Below are positions 26,031 to 38,697 of a DNA stretch of 64,000 nt, in pieces. The position numbers and the translations under genes were made by a program. Source of the DNA: Albugo candida (taxonomy: Eukaryota); NCBI GenBank assembly GCA_040437565.1, contig JBDOQK010000001.1:434001-498000 (forward strand), given 5' to 3'. Each line of letters opens with the position of its first letter. Position 1 is the first letter of the stretch. Under the pieces are notes generated by a model. It had not been told where the DNA came from, did no database searches, and was given only the letters and a program-made list of their open reading frames with translations.

Positions 26031-26152
26031 TCTTGGACGGAAACACAAAAAAAATCGAAGCACGTTCACCTAGTCAGAAAAGCGTTTTTATATTCAATTC
26101 GAGATGATGGTGGAGACAATGTTTTTTTTTTTGTGGGACGAGTAAAGCTACA

Positions 26153-27130
26153 ACGCAATCAATTTCTGTCGCAGTTCGCATCCAATGCGTCGGCAATTAT
26201 TCCTCCGAAGTGGACAGCTGCTTCTATGGAATTTTTCGGCCAATACAAGCCGAAGAATCAATCACTATCGTACCACAGCGACATGGGAAAATGTTTCAGT
26301 GAGATAGAACATCTTCTTGGTGGAAACAAGCATTTAAAATGTGGCATTAGATAACTGTAGCATTACAATTTCCGATTCGAATAGTTTCTAACGCGATTAG
26401 TACTACATGTAGCACCCGATGTGGTTCCACTGTGACCAAAAACTACATGATCAAGCTGCTACTCGTATGGGAGTATGCAAAATGTTTAGTACAATTTTGG
26501 CATGGTAGAAAAATCACCTCGGAGATATAGCGCCACCTTTGCTACAAAATATGAGATCCGCATTATGTTAGAAATTGAGACACACGGTACACGAAGGAAG
26601 GAATCGTCCATCTATGCTATAATGACGAAGAGCTAGATACATTCGATATTGCTGGGGCGAGTTGATGATGAGTTACCAAGCTACTCTAGCTTATACAGTC
26701 CTATATTAGTCTCATAACATAATCCAACTCATCCCAAGTAGCCGATCGTTTTATGTGGGAGTACAAATCAAGCATTGAAAATATTTTCACCGGATCTTCC
26801 GCGCCTCAAATCTTACGAATCGTCTGGAAACCTCTCAAAGCAACTAGGAATCATCGGGTGGTTACAAATTGGTCATATAGAAAGAGATCGGACACAGCGA
26901 GCACAGAACGATTTTAAAAATTCATGGCTCCATGAAGGCATTTTAAGAAACTTGTCCTTATGGTTTTGAGGATCCACAGTTTCATTCGGCCTTTCGGATG
27001 TTGCCAGTTCGATCTCTATCATTTTTATCAAAGGATTTTTATCCCGACAATATATTGTGCACTCCGTCTTCGTGTCCGGTAGCTGAATCGGTTGAATATT
27101 TTTTCGCGAGTCGGATGAGACGGCTTCATT
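26153..27130 (+). pseudogene. Decayed secreted-protein gene of family B (ATG mutated to ACG)
   Basis: acgcaatcaatttctgtcgcagtt matches the atgcaatcaatt starts at 48476(+) and 46708(-); shared blocks DMGKCFSE, CGST, EYAKCLVQFWHG, gaatcgtctgg. Confidence 0.7.
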
Positions 27131-27526
27131 ATGTCGAGGGCTACTCCCAACTTGAGGCAGTGTTCCTCACCTAGTCTAGGTGGGCGCATGTTGCTTGGAC
27201 TGATCGGAACCGTAAATCTTTTGGTCAATGATCAAAAATTCGGACGACTTCAGAACATTCCATGATAAATATAATATTTGTGCGCCCATTCGGCATTTCC
27301 ACGGCAGCGTTACGACCAAGTTAGTGCATTCGGCTAAAATAGGTCCTGGATTAATTCACAATGCAAGGAGAATTCGGTGGCGTTTTTAGAAGAAAAGGAT
27401 CATTGTTGAGATAATAGCACCGACACGTAGAAGTGCAAGTACAACTCCGACCCTAGTCTTTGTTGGATGTTTATGTTCAGCCTATAAGACGAAAACCAAT
27501 TTAGAAACACGGTACTTTTGGACCAT
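27130..27526 (-). pseudogene. Decayed gene of family C with an N-terminal hydrophobic segment
   Basis: MVQKYRVSKLVFVL*...RVGVVLALLRVGAIISTMILFF; homologous to 11700-12180 including upstream sequence. Confidence 0.65.
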
Positions 27527-27608
27527 TTTACATTTTTACAAGCTCGTCACAGTCTCTAGGAATATCGATGAGACACTCAGTGTAATTCTAGTAATAAAGA
27601 CACCTTCA

Positions 27609-30600
27609 TGTTGGCAGGTGAGCAAAGATGGTTACGTTCAAGGAAATTGACAGAACGGAGTTTTTTTTAGATGATTAAAATTCCAACTAATCGTTTAGAC
27701 CAAGTACCAAGTGCGACTAGAGACCTCAAGAACATTCTTAAGTCCTTCCAACACTTCTTCTTTTCTGGTTACACCTCTAATTGAGTCATCTTGAACTTGC
27801 CGTACGATTCCGTACTTTCATAGCTCTCTTAGATTTCGACATCTTGGTGCCGGAAACCCCTTCACCTGCAAGTCATCCATCATCTTCGAGGTATGCACGT
27901 AACTTAGTGCGATAATTTGTTTTTCTATGTTAGCTCTGATGAGTTTGAGTCGGACGTCGATACGTTTAGCCTCGATTGAAGCAGCTTCTCTGAGAAACTG
28001 ACTGATAGCCCCCGGGTTACCATCCACAAGATGATTGGCTCCCTCACTTTCAACTCTTTGAATAATTCCCTTGCTGTTCTGCTACAAACTCTGCTTTCGT
28101 AGTCCATAATGCCACCGAGTGCTGCTTCTTGCATGGCTAGCTGGTCTGTATTTTATACAAAAGTAATTCTGTAACGAATATGCTCTTTCTAGTTCATCAT
28201 TCACCGTATGATCAGCAAATGAAAATCTTCTAGAAAGACTTCTCGGGGATTGATGCATACTTCACCACCCAAATAGAGCTTTATTTTTTCGGAACTTTTA
28301 GATACTTCCTCACTCTGACACTTAACAAATCGGCTATTGTGAGAACGTCTCGTCAGCTTGTGCGCAGCGAAACGGATGGATGGACGAGTAAACCGCGAAA
28401 ACCATAAAAGTCTGCCCGCTGAATACTGATACTTCTTGATTTTCTGCTTCATGACTTCACGCGTCTCCATGTATTCTATATTTGATACTGTGGTATCACT
28501 GTAGTCTTGATTGATAGGCTTGAGAACTGGGTACGCTTCATCCAGAACCATTATCAATAATAATCCTCACATAGACGGTTCCTGGTCCAAAATAGCTCCA
28601 ACTTCTTCGCTGTAGCGAGCTCCCATGCCAAACTTTTGCTGGCGGGTACGAGATTCTTGACTGAAAGACTTGAAAGGCCATTAAATGTCGACTCAATTCT
28701 CGAAAACTTTGTCTCCCATACCAGCATATCGTCGACATATACTACCAAAACCGAACTCCCACTTGTGTTTTGGTCGAAAAAATGAGTCTGTGGTACTTTT
28801 TTTTTAAAGCTGCATTGCTTATACTCGGATGCAAAAGGTGACTGCATAGCTGTCATTCCTTTTCAACCCATAGAGACTCTATTATAGTCGTAGTACCTCT
28901 TGAGGAACTCGTAACACCGAGTTCGTCTAGACTGGCAATCAACATTGAAATTCCCTAAGGTACGAGCAAATATAGATCCGAGTTCTTTTCTGTTGGTGCA
29001 TACAACTACCCATCAGATAGGAAACCTAATGCTTTCCCCAAGTTTTGTTGAAGTAAGTATGAGATTTGCTAACCTTATATCCATGGCTGTTGCAAACGTC
29101 ATGTCGTAGTCGATTACAAGTACTTGTACGCTCCTGCAGGTAACCATACTAGCCTTGAACCATTTTTGATGCCGCTTGCGTCCATTCTTGCATGAATGCT
29201 TGCATGATGTCTAAGTCTTTGATCTCGTCAATTCTTGGAATATTGGCCCATGTTCTGATTTCCTCCAATGAGGCTACATTTGCATCTGCAGCGTGACCTT
29301 CATTTGACATGCTTCACTGACTTCATTGCTTGATTTTACGCTTTCGGATCTGGTTCAGATAACACTGGCTAGATGTCTCTGGTCAAAAACGTATTCTTTG
29401 GTTTCTGGTCACCATCTTTTTGTTGGATCTTTCTTGATGATATCCACTCGCACTCTTGGAGCATCTGTGATTGATTATCTTAAACGCTGGTATCCTCAGG
29501 AGCTTTCACGTCTACATCTGTCATTTTTTTTGCGACGTTTCGAATTTTTATTCCATTTGCTCCTTCTAACGCTTTCTCCAGACTTGAAATATCTCGATTA
29601 ATAATGACAGTCTGGGATTTGGGTAAATACACTTAGTACCCCTCGTTCCTAGAGCATTCCCGATAACACTGCCTTGCTCACTCCGCTTTGCGAGCGACCT
29701 TTTCCAGTTCAAATTCGAACCGAACAATTTGAGCCACATATTACGACATTAACAAGACTTGTACCCTTCCCAGTGAAAGCCTTCGAAGGTGATTGCCTGT
29801 CTTTATTCGCTCTGGCTGAGCGTCTATTGAGAATATCCGTCGCATATTAGTCAGCATCTCGCCAAAACGATAACGCCATTTAGCTTCCAAATATCATAGA
29901 CCGCAATAAGTTCATGACTTTATTATGCATTCGTCCAGCTTTCTTATACGATGCATGGTTTTGGACTTGGCTATTTGTCTTCTTACACCCTCTTCTTTGC
30001 AAAAAAGGTCGAACATTTCTGTACTCTGCGCCACCATCAGTTTGTAGGACACCATCTTGCCAACAAATCGTTTTTCGAAGTAAATTAAGAAATCTTGAAC
30101 TTCGTAGCTGCTTCATTCTTAGTCTTGGCCAAGAATATCCGACAATAGTACGATTTGTAGTCGATAATATTGACCAAATATCCACGTCGGTTTTGGGGTG
30201 TAATCGGACTCTTCAAATCACTGCATATAACTCCGTCAATTCATTCCGACGGTGAGTTTATACCGGTATCATTCCGAGTCTGTTTATTTTTTATTTGCCT
30301 GCTTTTCGCCATGTAATCGCTGATGGTCATCAATCTTGATCCCTTATTCCGGAAGCTTAGCTATGCGCTTCATAGCATCGTAGTACAGATGATCAAATCG
30401 TTGATGGAATTATAGTAGACTTCCCATCTACTTTTTTGATTTGTCCACGGACTCATTTAATGCGAGTATACACACGACACTAGATTCACGTTCTCGACCT
30501 TCTGTCTCAATAATGAGAGCGTTCATGGTTATACATCGGAAATACGTTGAACAACTATCGATCCATCTTCTTGGTACGTCAATTTGCATTTGTTTGCCTT

Positions 30601-32249
30601 TAGCGTTCATGCGAAACAATGTTCCAAGGGTTTCCCACATACGGCACATCGATCAAGAGACCATTATTCGTTAAACCGCTTACCTTTGCGATAATCTTTG
30701 TTGATCCTGTCCATCTCATCTTCCTTTTATTTCCGTTTGGACCAGCTGTCTATTATCCATACTTTTTTGTCTGTTCCAGACTAATACTTTTTNNNNNNNN
30801 NNNNNNNNNNNNNNNNNNNNNNNNNNNNNNNNNNNNNNNNNNNNNNNNNNNNNNNNNNNNNNNNNNNNNNNNNNNNNNNNNNNNNNNNNNNNCACGTTCT
30901 CGACCTTCTGTCTCAATAATGAGAGCGTTCATGGTTATACATCGGAAATACGTTGAACAACTATCGATCCATCTTCTTGGTACGTCAATTTGCATTTGTT
31001 TGCCTTTAGCGTTCATGCGAAACAATGTTCCAAGGGTTTCCCACATACGGCACATCGATCAAGAGACCATTATTCGTTAAACCGCTTACCTTTGCGATAA
31101 TCTTTGTTGATCCTGTCCATCTCATCTTCCTTTTATTTCCGTTTGGACCAGCTGTCTATTATCCATACTTTTTTGTCTGTTCCAGACTAATACTTTTTCA
31201 TCCAATTCGTAAAACGATGTATTCACTGCTGGGGTGAGGAGCTCTAGTTCCGGCAATCCTTTTGCATATGTCCGCTTCTCCCTTAATTGTAGAATTTCAT
31301 TCGCTTCTACGGCTTGGATTATCTTATCGGACCGATGCGGTCTCAAGTCTACTTCTTTGGATCTCTTGGTGTATCAATGATGATATATAAATCCATAATT
31401 TGGGAAAACTGACACGGTTCCTCGTCTTGCCTTATGGATCCCCCTCTCATTGTGTTGACACGGACCATCAAAGCTACTTGAAATCAGGCTTTGCGTATTT
31501 GATAACGCTTTTCTAGAGCATAACGTCTGCTTCACCGACTGCTTCACTGACTGCCAACAAGAATAGAAAGTGATCTCTACATGAATGTCCAGTCGTTCTT
31601 TATTCGCCGCAAAAAAGAGTGCTGCCTGCGTTCTGGTGATATTGGGCCAGAATAATCCGTTAATTTGGTCCACGAGACCTGACTGTATGAAAGGCGCTCT
31701 AAGTCTACAGTCCACAGTATGTTTCTTTCCCTTCGAATGGCTTAATAGCGAGCTTCAAATACCTTGCTTTCTGGAATCTGACTACGTTTACCCCGTCCAA
31801 CGCATTATGTTGCTTGGCATGGACAAAGCTTGTCCTCTTCCAACTTCCACGATGCCGCATCGGTTTCGCTTCCAGAGATGACATTGCCAAACCATGCCTT
31901 TTTTGCTTGGTCCAGAAAATGTGCTTTCCATTCGCAAGGGTGGTGCTGGTACGGCCCAGCCGACACTCCCCTCACTTTCGATTTTGTCCATTCGATTTCC
32001 GAGTGTCTCCACCAGCATCATAAGTCGGTCCATATTCGACTCATCTAGGCGGTCGTATTCTTTAATGGTCTTGGCTGCTGACAACTTTGTTGGGCTCATA
32101 ACCTGCTGACAGGTGAGCGAAGATCGCTGCTTTCCAGAAAATTGAAACAACCGAGTTTTATTTCCAGAAATTTTGAATCCTACGAATCGTTCAGACTAAG
32201 TATCAAGTGCGATTACAAACCTGAAGCACAATTTAAAGTCATTCCAACA
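27609..32249 (-). mobile_element. Ty1/Copia LTR retrotransposon, strongly decayed; LTRs 27609-27753 and 32104-32249
   Basis: Diverged ~145-bp LTR pair (TGTTGGAA... on minus); PBS ggttatgagccca; LQTDGGAEY, VVYVDDML, AKRIDVRLKLIR; no matching TSD seen. Confidence 0.9.
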
Positions 32250-32494
32250 AGAATGGAACACTTCTTTAAATATAGGCACTTCAGTCAGCATCCATGCTTT
32301 GACCGGAATGGTCTGAATTCACTTTCCGTATATCGGATCGGCCACTGCGTCCTTTTCCTTCAGCTTTTCTTCCATTTTCGAAAGCACGGAGACCTAAATG
32401 CTGGTGACCAAACTGTTTAATGTCCAGCAACGCTGCGACAGACTGAGAAAGATCGCGAAGCACGAACACAAATGTCGAAGCTAAAATGTAATTA

Positions 32495-33800
32495 TGTTAT
32501 TTGTTCCTTTGAACCTACTGCTTTACATAAGTACGAAATGTAAAGGAGATTCTAGAATCATCGAATCGAGTTTCCAACACAATCCAGTATGTGCTCGAGA
32601 TCGCAACTTTGAAAACCTGCGGTGCTGCTTCTCTTTTATCAAAACATCTTCCAAGTTTGATGATATTTTACTTGCCTCTTGATAGAGAAGGAGAAGAGAT
32701 CCAGGTNNNNNNNNNNNNNNNNNNNNNNNNNNNNNNNNNNNNNNNNNNNNNNNNNNNNNNNNNNNNNNNNNNNNNNNNNNNNNNNNNNNNNNNNNNNNNN
32801 NNNNNNATGTAAAGGAGATTCTAGAATCATCGAATCGAGTTTCCAACACAATCCAGTATGTGCTCGAGATCGCAACTTTGAAAACCTGCGGTGCTGCTTC
32901 TCTTTTATCAAAACATCTTCCAAGTTTGATGATATTTTACTTGCCTCTTGATAGAGAAGGAGAAGAGATCCAGGTTAAGGTTTCTCGTGGTGTGTCATTG
33001 GATGGAGAGATGAGATGCAACGAGAATTCATCGGATTCCTTTATTCACGTCTATGCACCACTTGAGTGAACAAAAGGTGCCACACGTTGGGCAAACCACC
33101 ACCTTGGTCTTCTGTGTGGCTCTCTTTCTGTTTATTTCTTCGTCTCCGGGACTGGTATTGTCGCATTCGGATACAACAAATCTAGGCCACCTTGCTCAAA
33201 TTTGGTCGCTACGTCGCAAGCGAATCATACCCCCTCACCGAGAAGATCTGTTTGTCGTAACGATTTCTTTGTTTTCTTTAACAACACTAGCTGCGGGTAG
33301 ATTGTTGAATAGCAGAAGCATAATCCCTCATCCGTCTCACTACTATTCAGTTAGAGCAGTCTCACAGTCAGAGCGTCTCACGATAGGTGTCATATACAAA
33401 TTGACACCCTAGCCTGTAATAAAAAACCGGAGGATATCAATCCGTCCTCCCTTCCCGCATACCCCGAAACATCTAGGTATTATTTTGTTTCAAGAGTATC
33501 AAACTAGCAACAAATAATTTTCCCATGGATAGTCACCGACTAGCAGTTGTAGGCATCCGCCAAGGTGATGATCACCCAGATGTTTACCTAAGCTATCTAG
33601 GCATCTTCGCGATAGATCGGCTCTCGAGCAACCTTTTGAAGCCTATGTTACCATGATCTCGCATCTGGGAGCTCAAACTCTTCGATTTGGAGAACGGGCC
33701 AGTCCTCCCTACCATTGGTAAGGCGGCTTCGGGGATTTTGAAGGTCTTGCTGCTTCCAATTTCACAATCACGGGCTACCACACTGGGCGCTCCACCTTAG
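32495..33800 (-). mobile_element. Probable Copia remnant (RT start and RNase H end + short LTR-like segment)
   Basis: REPIYREDA; EDVLIKE..RRFSKLR followed by TGTTGGAAA; very degenerate. Confidence 0.4.
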
Positions 33801-34023
33801 CATAAGCGTATGATGACCTCGATTTCGTAGGAGCTCAACTGCGGGAGCTACGCGTGATACTTTGCAGTAGTTCGAACCTTATCTTACTGTGAGACATTTG
33901 GTAATATTGAAGGTCGGACAGAGACATACTTTTCTTGTCGTCCGTGCTGCATGGGCATTACCACTCGCCTTTAACGAGGCGTTGGTAGTATCATAAGCAC
34001 CCTCTGTAACACCCTGAAGTGCC

Positions 34024-35183
34024 CTATTTGCTCTTCGCACCATTTAGTGGGGAAATGATGACTTTAAACGCGTTCATTTCTGTAAATTTACTCAAGTTGA
34101 TGGCTGGAAGATCAACAGTTGTTAATTCTCTTCTGTTGGTGCGAGCCAATATGGAATCTTCTTGGTCTTCATTAACATTGCCTTTATCACGCCTCCTAAC
34201 TTTGCACTTATAGCTTGTTGCCTCCGAAAGAAGAGAAAACATGATATTTTTATTGAACAAGGCATGAGTTCGTACTTGCAGTAAAAATCCTGATTAAGTC
34301 TAGTGTGTATTCTGACTGAGTCAACATAAATCTATTGTTTGTGCAAAATTACAGTAATTTGAGTGATAAGGATATATATTTTGTGCATATTTGGAAGTAG
34401 AATGTCCTATACTTTATGCATTCATCCACTTGCGACACCATTTTGTGTGGCAAAACCAATGTTTGCGAGCAACAACGGCTATTCTGTCGTCTAGCAGATT
34501 GTTGAAGTAATAATTTCGGCAAAATTACAGGGATTCATCTTGATAGGATTCCAAAACAATCTAGACGAATTTTGGTACCTTCTCGACTTCGTACAATCTC
34601 AATAAGCGTGATATGGAAGAAGGCTAGAACTTACTGAGAAATAATTAAAAGCCAGACATGTTACTTATCAACGCGAATCACGTTTTACCAGAAATAACTT
34701 TGATTAGGATGCTTGAACGCTGATTGTAAACAGATTGTAGTTTTGAAGGTGCTGGACATAGTTTTGAGCTCCGAAAAATAATGTTCCTCTTATTCGTCCA
34801 TTCACAAAAACCACAATTTGGTCCAATCAAAAGCAGTGACGCTGAATGTCAGATGCAATTCAGTTGTTGCGTTTGTTATTCCGAATGATCCGTGTGTTCG
34901 CATAGTTCAAAAATATCCACAGCTCGAAAACTTTGAGCTTGTACCTGTTTGTGGCTGTGCCATAGCATCATTAATTTGATCGTCAGCGCAAGTGGCTTTG
35001 GTGCTTTCCAAATAAACCAATAAAGACGCTTACTCCAGCCACATTCTCGGTGTTCTTCTTTACTTCCTTAGAAGTTGCTGGTTCTTCAGGATGCCATTTC
35101 AAGCGAGGCTTCGGCTTTGTATATTTAGAGCTTATTCCCGACTTCATTCATGAGCGCAACAAATTTAATGAAGAATTGAGCAT
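34024..35183 (-). pseudogene. Decayed hypothetical gene
   Basis: Long protein-like read from ATG 35183 with scattered stops, includes NCGFCEW; no domain recognised. Confidence 0.35.
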
Positions 35184-35618
35184 GATTACAGTTTTAGTTT
35201 TCGTTGCATAAATGATTATGGCGAAGTGAAAATTAGTGATTTGAAAAAGTCTCAACACGCACCGAATATAAGTTTTGCTTCATGTGTCTCATGCTTGGGC
35301 GTAGAATGTTTTCGGTGTCAGTAACGTGACGGTAGGTCTGCATGATAGCAAATCCGGCGATCCAGGTCTACGACAGATGGTGATGACTACAACGGAAACA
35401 GGGAGAATACGTGCAAGATGGATGCGACTAATTCTGATCGACTAGGTAAGTGTACAAAAGTGTACGGTGCTTGACTGCTTGCCAGTCTGCTGGGTGAACA
35501 AAACGACTGGATATGATGATTTACTCAAATGCAATAGTTGTATATCCTTATTTCGTATACAGCCTATAGCATCAGCGAATTGGCTATAACAAAAATAGTA
35601 AAGTGAGTCTATCTTCTT

Positions 35619-36456
35619 CTACTGTGTCATTATGACGATACTGACGCTTCTGTGCTTTTTCACGGTAATATCGTAACTGGAGCGTAAATGTATGTGATAG
35701 TTCGACAAAACGAAACTATTTGGGTCGATTGATTGCAACCATGTGAATCGAATGGAGACATACTTTTCTTCGTTGTCTTCTTGTGTCACTGAATGATAAG
35801 AGTATACGTGTGTGATAGTAAGTTTCTCATTTAAAATAGTACAGCATCTGTACCCTTCTTCAGATAATTCGGATAACATAGTTCTTATATCGCCTACTGT
35901 AGGGTTTAACAACTCGCAAATCACACCTGGAATGAATTATTCTGCTTTCATGATTCTATTTGAAAGCTGCTTTCACGACCGATGCGGCAGCCGGTGACGA
36001 ACATATGACGCTCGGATTGACTGCGCACCTAGTGCACTATCAACCGCAATATATCCACGTAAAATGCATTAAGGAAGTGTTTGATGCTAATAGCTTTGAA
36101 ATTTCTGGTCTGAATATGATAGCAGTCCCAAACTCAAAATAGAACAGTCAAAGGAAGAATGATACTCTCATCAGCGAGATAAAGGCTTCTCAAATATGGC
36201 GCCAATTTTCACCGAGACAAAGGAACTTGGAATGAAATGATAGAAAGATTCANNNNNNNNNNNNNNNNNNNNNNNNNNNNNNNNNNNNNNNNNNNNNNNN
36301 NNNNNNNNNNNNNNNNNNNNNNNNNNNNNNNNNNNNNNNNNNNNNNNNNNNNTTCTCAAATATGGCGCCAATTTTCACCGAGACAAAGGAACTTGGAATG
36401 AAATGATAGAAAGATTCATTACCGGATAATCTAAAACCACCCAGAACGCATTGCAT
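35619..36456 (-). pseudogene. Decayed hypothetical gene, head-to-head with 36575-37826
   Basis: ATG 36456 (MQCVL..); ORF piece 35619-35924 with GYRCCTIL; ~120-bp spacer to the divergent ATG. Confidence 0.35.
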
Positions 36457-36574
36457 CTATCTTCAAAACCTTTATGCTTTCCCTGATAGTGTGCAACGAT
36501 AAACTGACGTTTCATTCATTCGTAATGACTCCTTCGTCGGACTTAAAACGCCAGCTTTTGTGTCTCGCCCGCTC

Positions 36575-37826
36575 ATGCCTTTTTTGAATAAAAAAAGACA
36601 TCAGCGCCCTTAATTCAATCATTGCTTTGCACAATTCACTACAGAAGCATACACTTTCATAGATTGCCAGCTATATGTCTCCAATAGATGAATAAACATC
36701 TGAAAGATAAGTTGTTTGAGGTTGGTACAAAATTCTCCGGCAGGAGACCTAACAATTCTAGTACCTCCCCCCCCCGTCCATACCGGTACTCGGATGTGCA
36801 GGGTAGCTCCTCGATCTTTATTTGGAATAAACGGTAGTTTTTGACTGAAGTACATTCATTTACCCAAAACCAGAAATTTGATAAAATGACGTGCAGCTAC
36901 TGCAGTTACAAGTCGCATCCTTGCTCATACAAGTCTCAGCTTGAGGAAATAATTATGGAACAGGACATTTCAAGAGTGTGTAATTCTGCTGGTTTCATTC
37001 AGATGGATGACATTATCTGTAATAATCTGGATTGTCTGTGTGATGTCGACCGAGCTTGCGTAAGTCTTGTCGTGGGATGCGTTAAAACATTGAAGGTAGG
37101 GACTAGGAAACGATGCATAGGAGCCGCGATGATAGAAAAACGTTTCAAGATGTGTGCCATTGCTCAGAATCTTACTGGTAAGATCTTTACGACGACGATC
37201 GCAAATGATATTCTCCTATACTTTGGTGTGTAGCGCAAACCATGACAAATATGGCTGACGATTGGATTTATTTCAATGACTTGAAGGAAAAATGTACATC
37301 CGAAGATTGTATCGCGACTAGAAACTTCCATAATTGCAACATGATGATATGTGGGCACCTAGTCGTAGCGTGGAAAGATCACAGTTCGTACAATTTTATC
37401 GCCAGCGGATCTCACAATCGGGATTTGACCGCCGGTTTTATCCATTTCAGAGCAGCACATGAGCTGGCGACAATGGACACCCTAAACTTCTGTAGAACAA
37501 TTGCGAGTGCAAAAATACAAAATTGTTACACATTGAAAACTCTGAGTCAAGTAGGGACCACCTGTGATGAATATTACCTACAATATGACAGTGCCCTATC
37601 GATTAATCAAGAGACGTACTCCTTCTCATCACTCGATTGGTGGTCGTGGTGCATGGTTGTATCGAGTATTGTTACGGCTATAGTTGCTGCTATAATTGCG
37701 GGTGTCTCATACTATCGGTACCGGAAGCTCACTTTGGGTGACGAAAATATTGCTTTGATCCGTCATAAAGTAAAAAATCAATCAATCCTGAACAAACCTT
37801 GCAAGAATGAAGCAAAAAATGTCTGA
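36575..37826 (+). pseudogene. Cys-rich type-I membrane protein gene, disrupted
   Basis: ORFs 36841-37233 and 37242-37826 lie in different frames; many Cys; TM WWSWCMVVSSIVTAIVAAIIAGVSYY + stop-transfer RYRK + ~35-aa tail. Confidence 0.65.
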
Positions 37827-38697
37827 AGCTTGGTAGAATATAAACCTGTTTATAATGTACACAGACATTGTCCGCGAAATGTTCACGGCATTAGCACCTG
37901 GAACTTAGAAACGACACGAAGTTTTCTCCGTCTTCACCGAAAATATTCACTTAACACGAGAAGAAATGTTGCTGTGCGCAAATCTGGTCTTCAAATTAGC
38001 CATGCCGCTTATATTCAACGAATCTTCTTTGTACTTGATAATTGAACTATACCTGCTGTTACAACCACAACCTAAAAAGCAACTGTGGGCGCTTTACAGC
38101 CAGATATATACTTGGGCCACAATCTTGACATGAAGCCTAGAAGAGAAATGAGACGTTTAGACATGCCGCTTGTAAGATATGAGGTAGCACCAAAATCTCC
38201 GATAGGTCTATATAAGTCTTGGTCGCAGGGGAGATGGCGATTGATATTCAAATGGATATTTTGATTTTTAATTTAAACGGACTGGCATGGGCACGGAGTA
38301 AGAATACCGGGCTAGTAAGAAACAAACTAACGAGACAACAAGTAAACGAGAGCAGTACTTCCACTCCTTATGATAGTCGCTGTATCCCCATTCAAGTTCC
38401 GTTATTATTACATCGGGCTTTTTCTGCTACCATTTTCAGTAAGAGTCTGATACGCAACGCTTTATCATGTTTCAAAGTGATCATAGATCAAATATGTTGG
38501 GTCGATCTGATAGCTCTCTGTCCCTTTCATGTTCTACCAAATATGTGTACTCTAGCCGTGTAGGTCCTTACCAATGAGGATGAAGGTCAGGTAGAGGGAT
38601 TTTGATATGAAGGGATCCATTCCGATGACGGTATAGAGTCCATGTGCAACAATGGAATCAATTTTTATTGTTGGGCTTATCTCGCTTGTCTATGTAA

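Noticed and set aside
38040-38370. Possible further secreted pseudogene on the minus strand (VEVLLSFTCCLVSLFL..., SCQDCG)
   Set aside because: No ATG and no paralog in the window; too weak to call.
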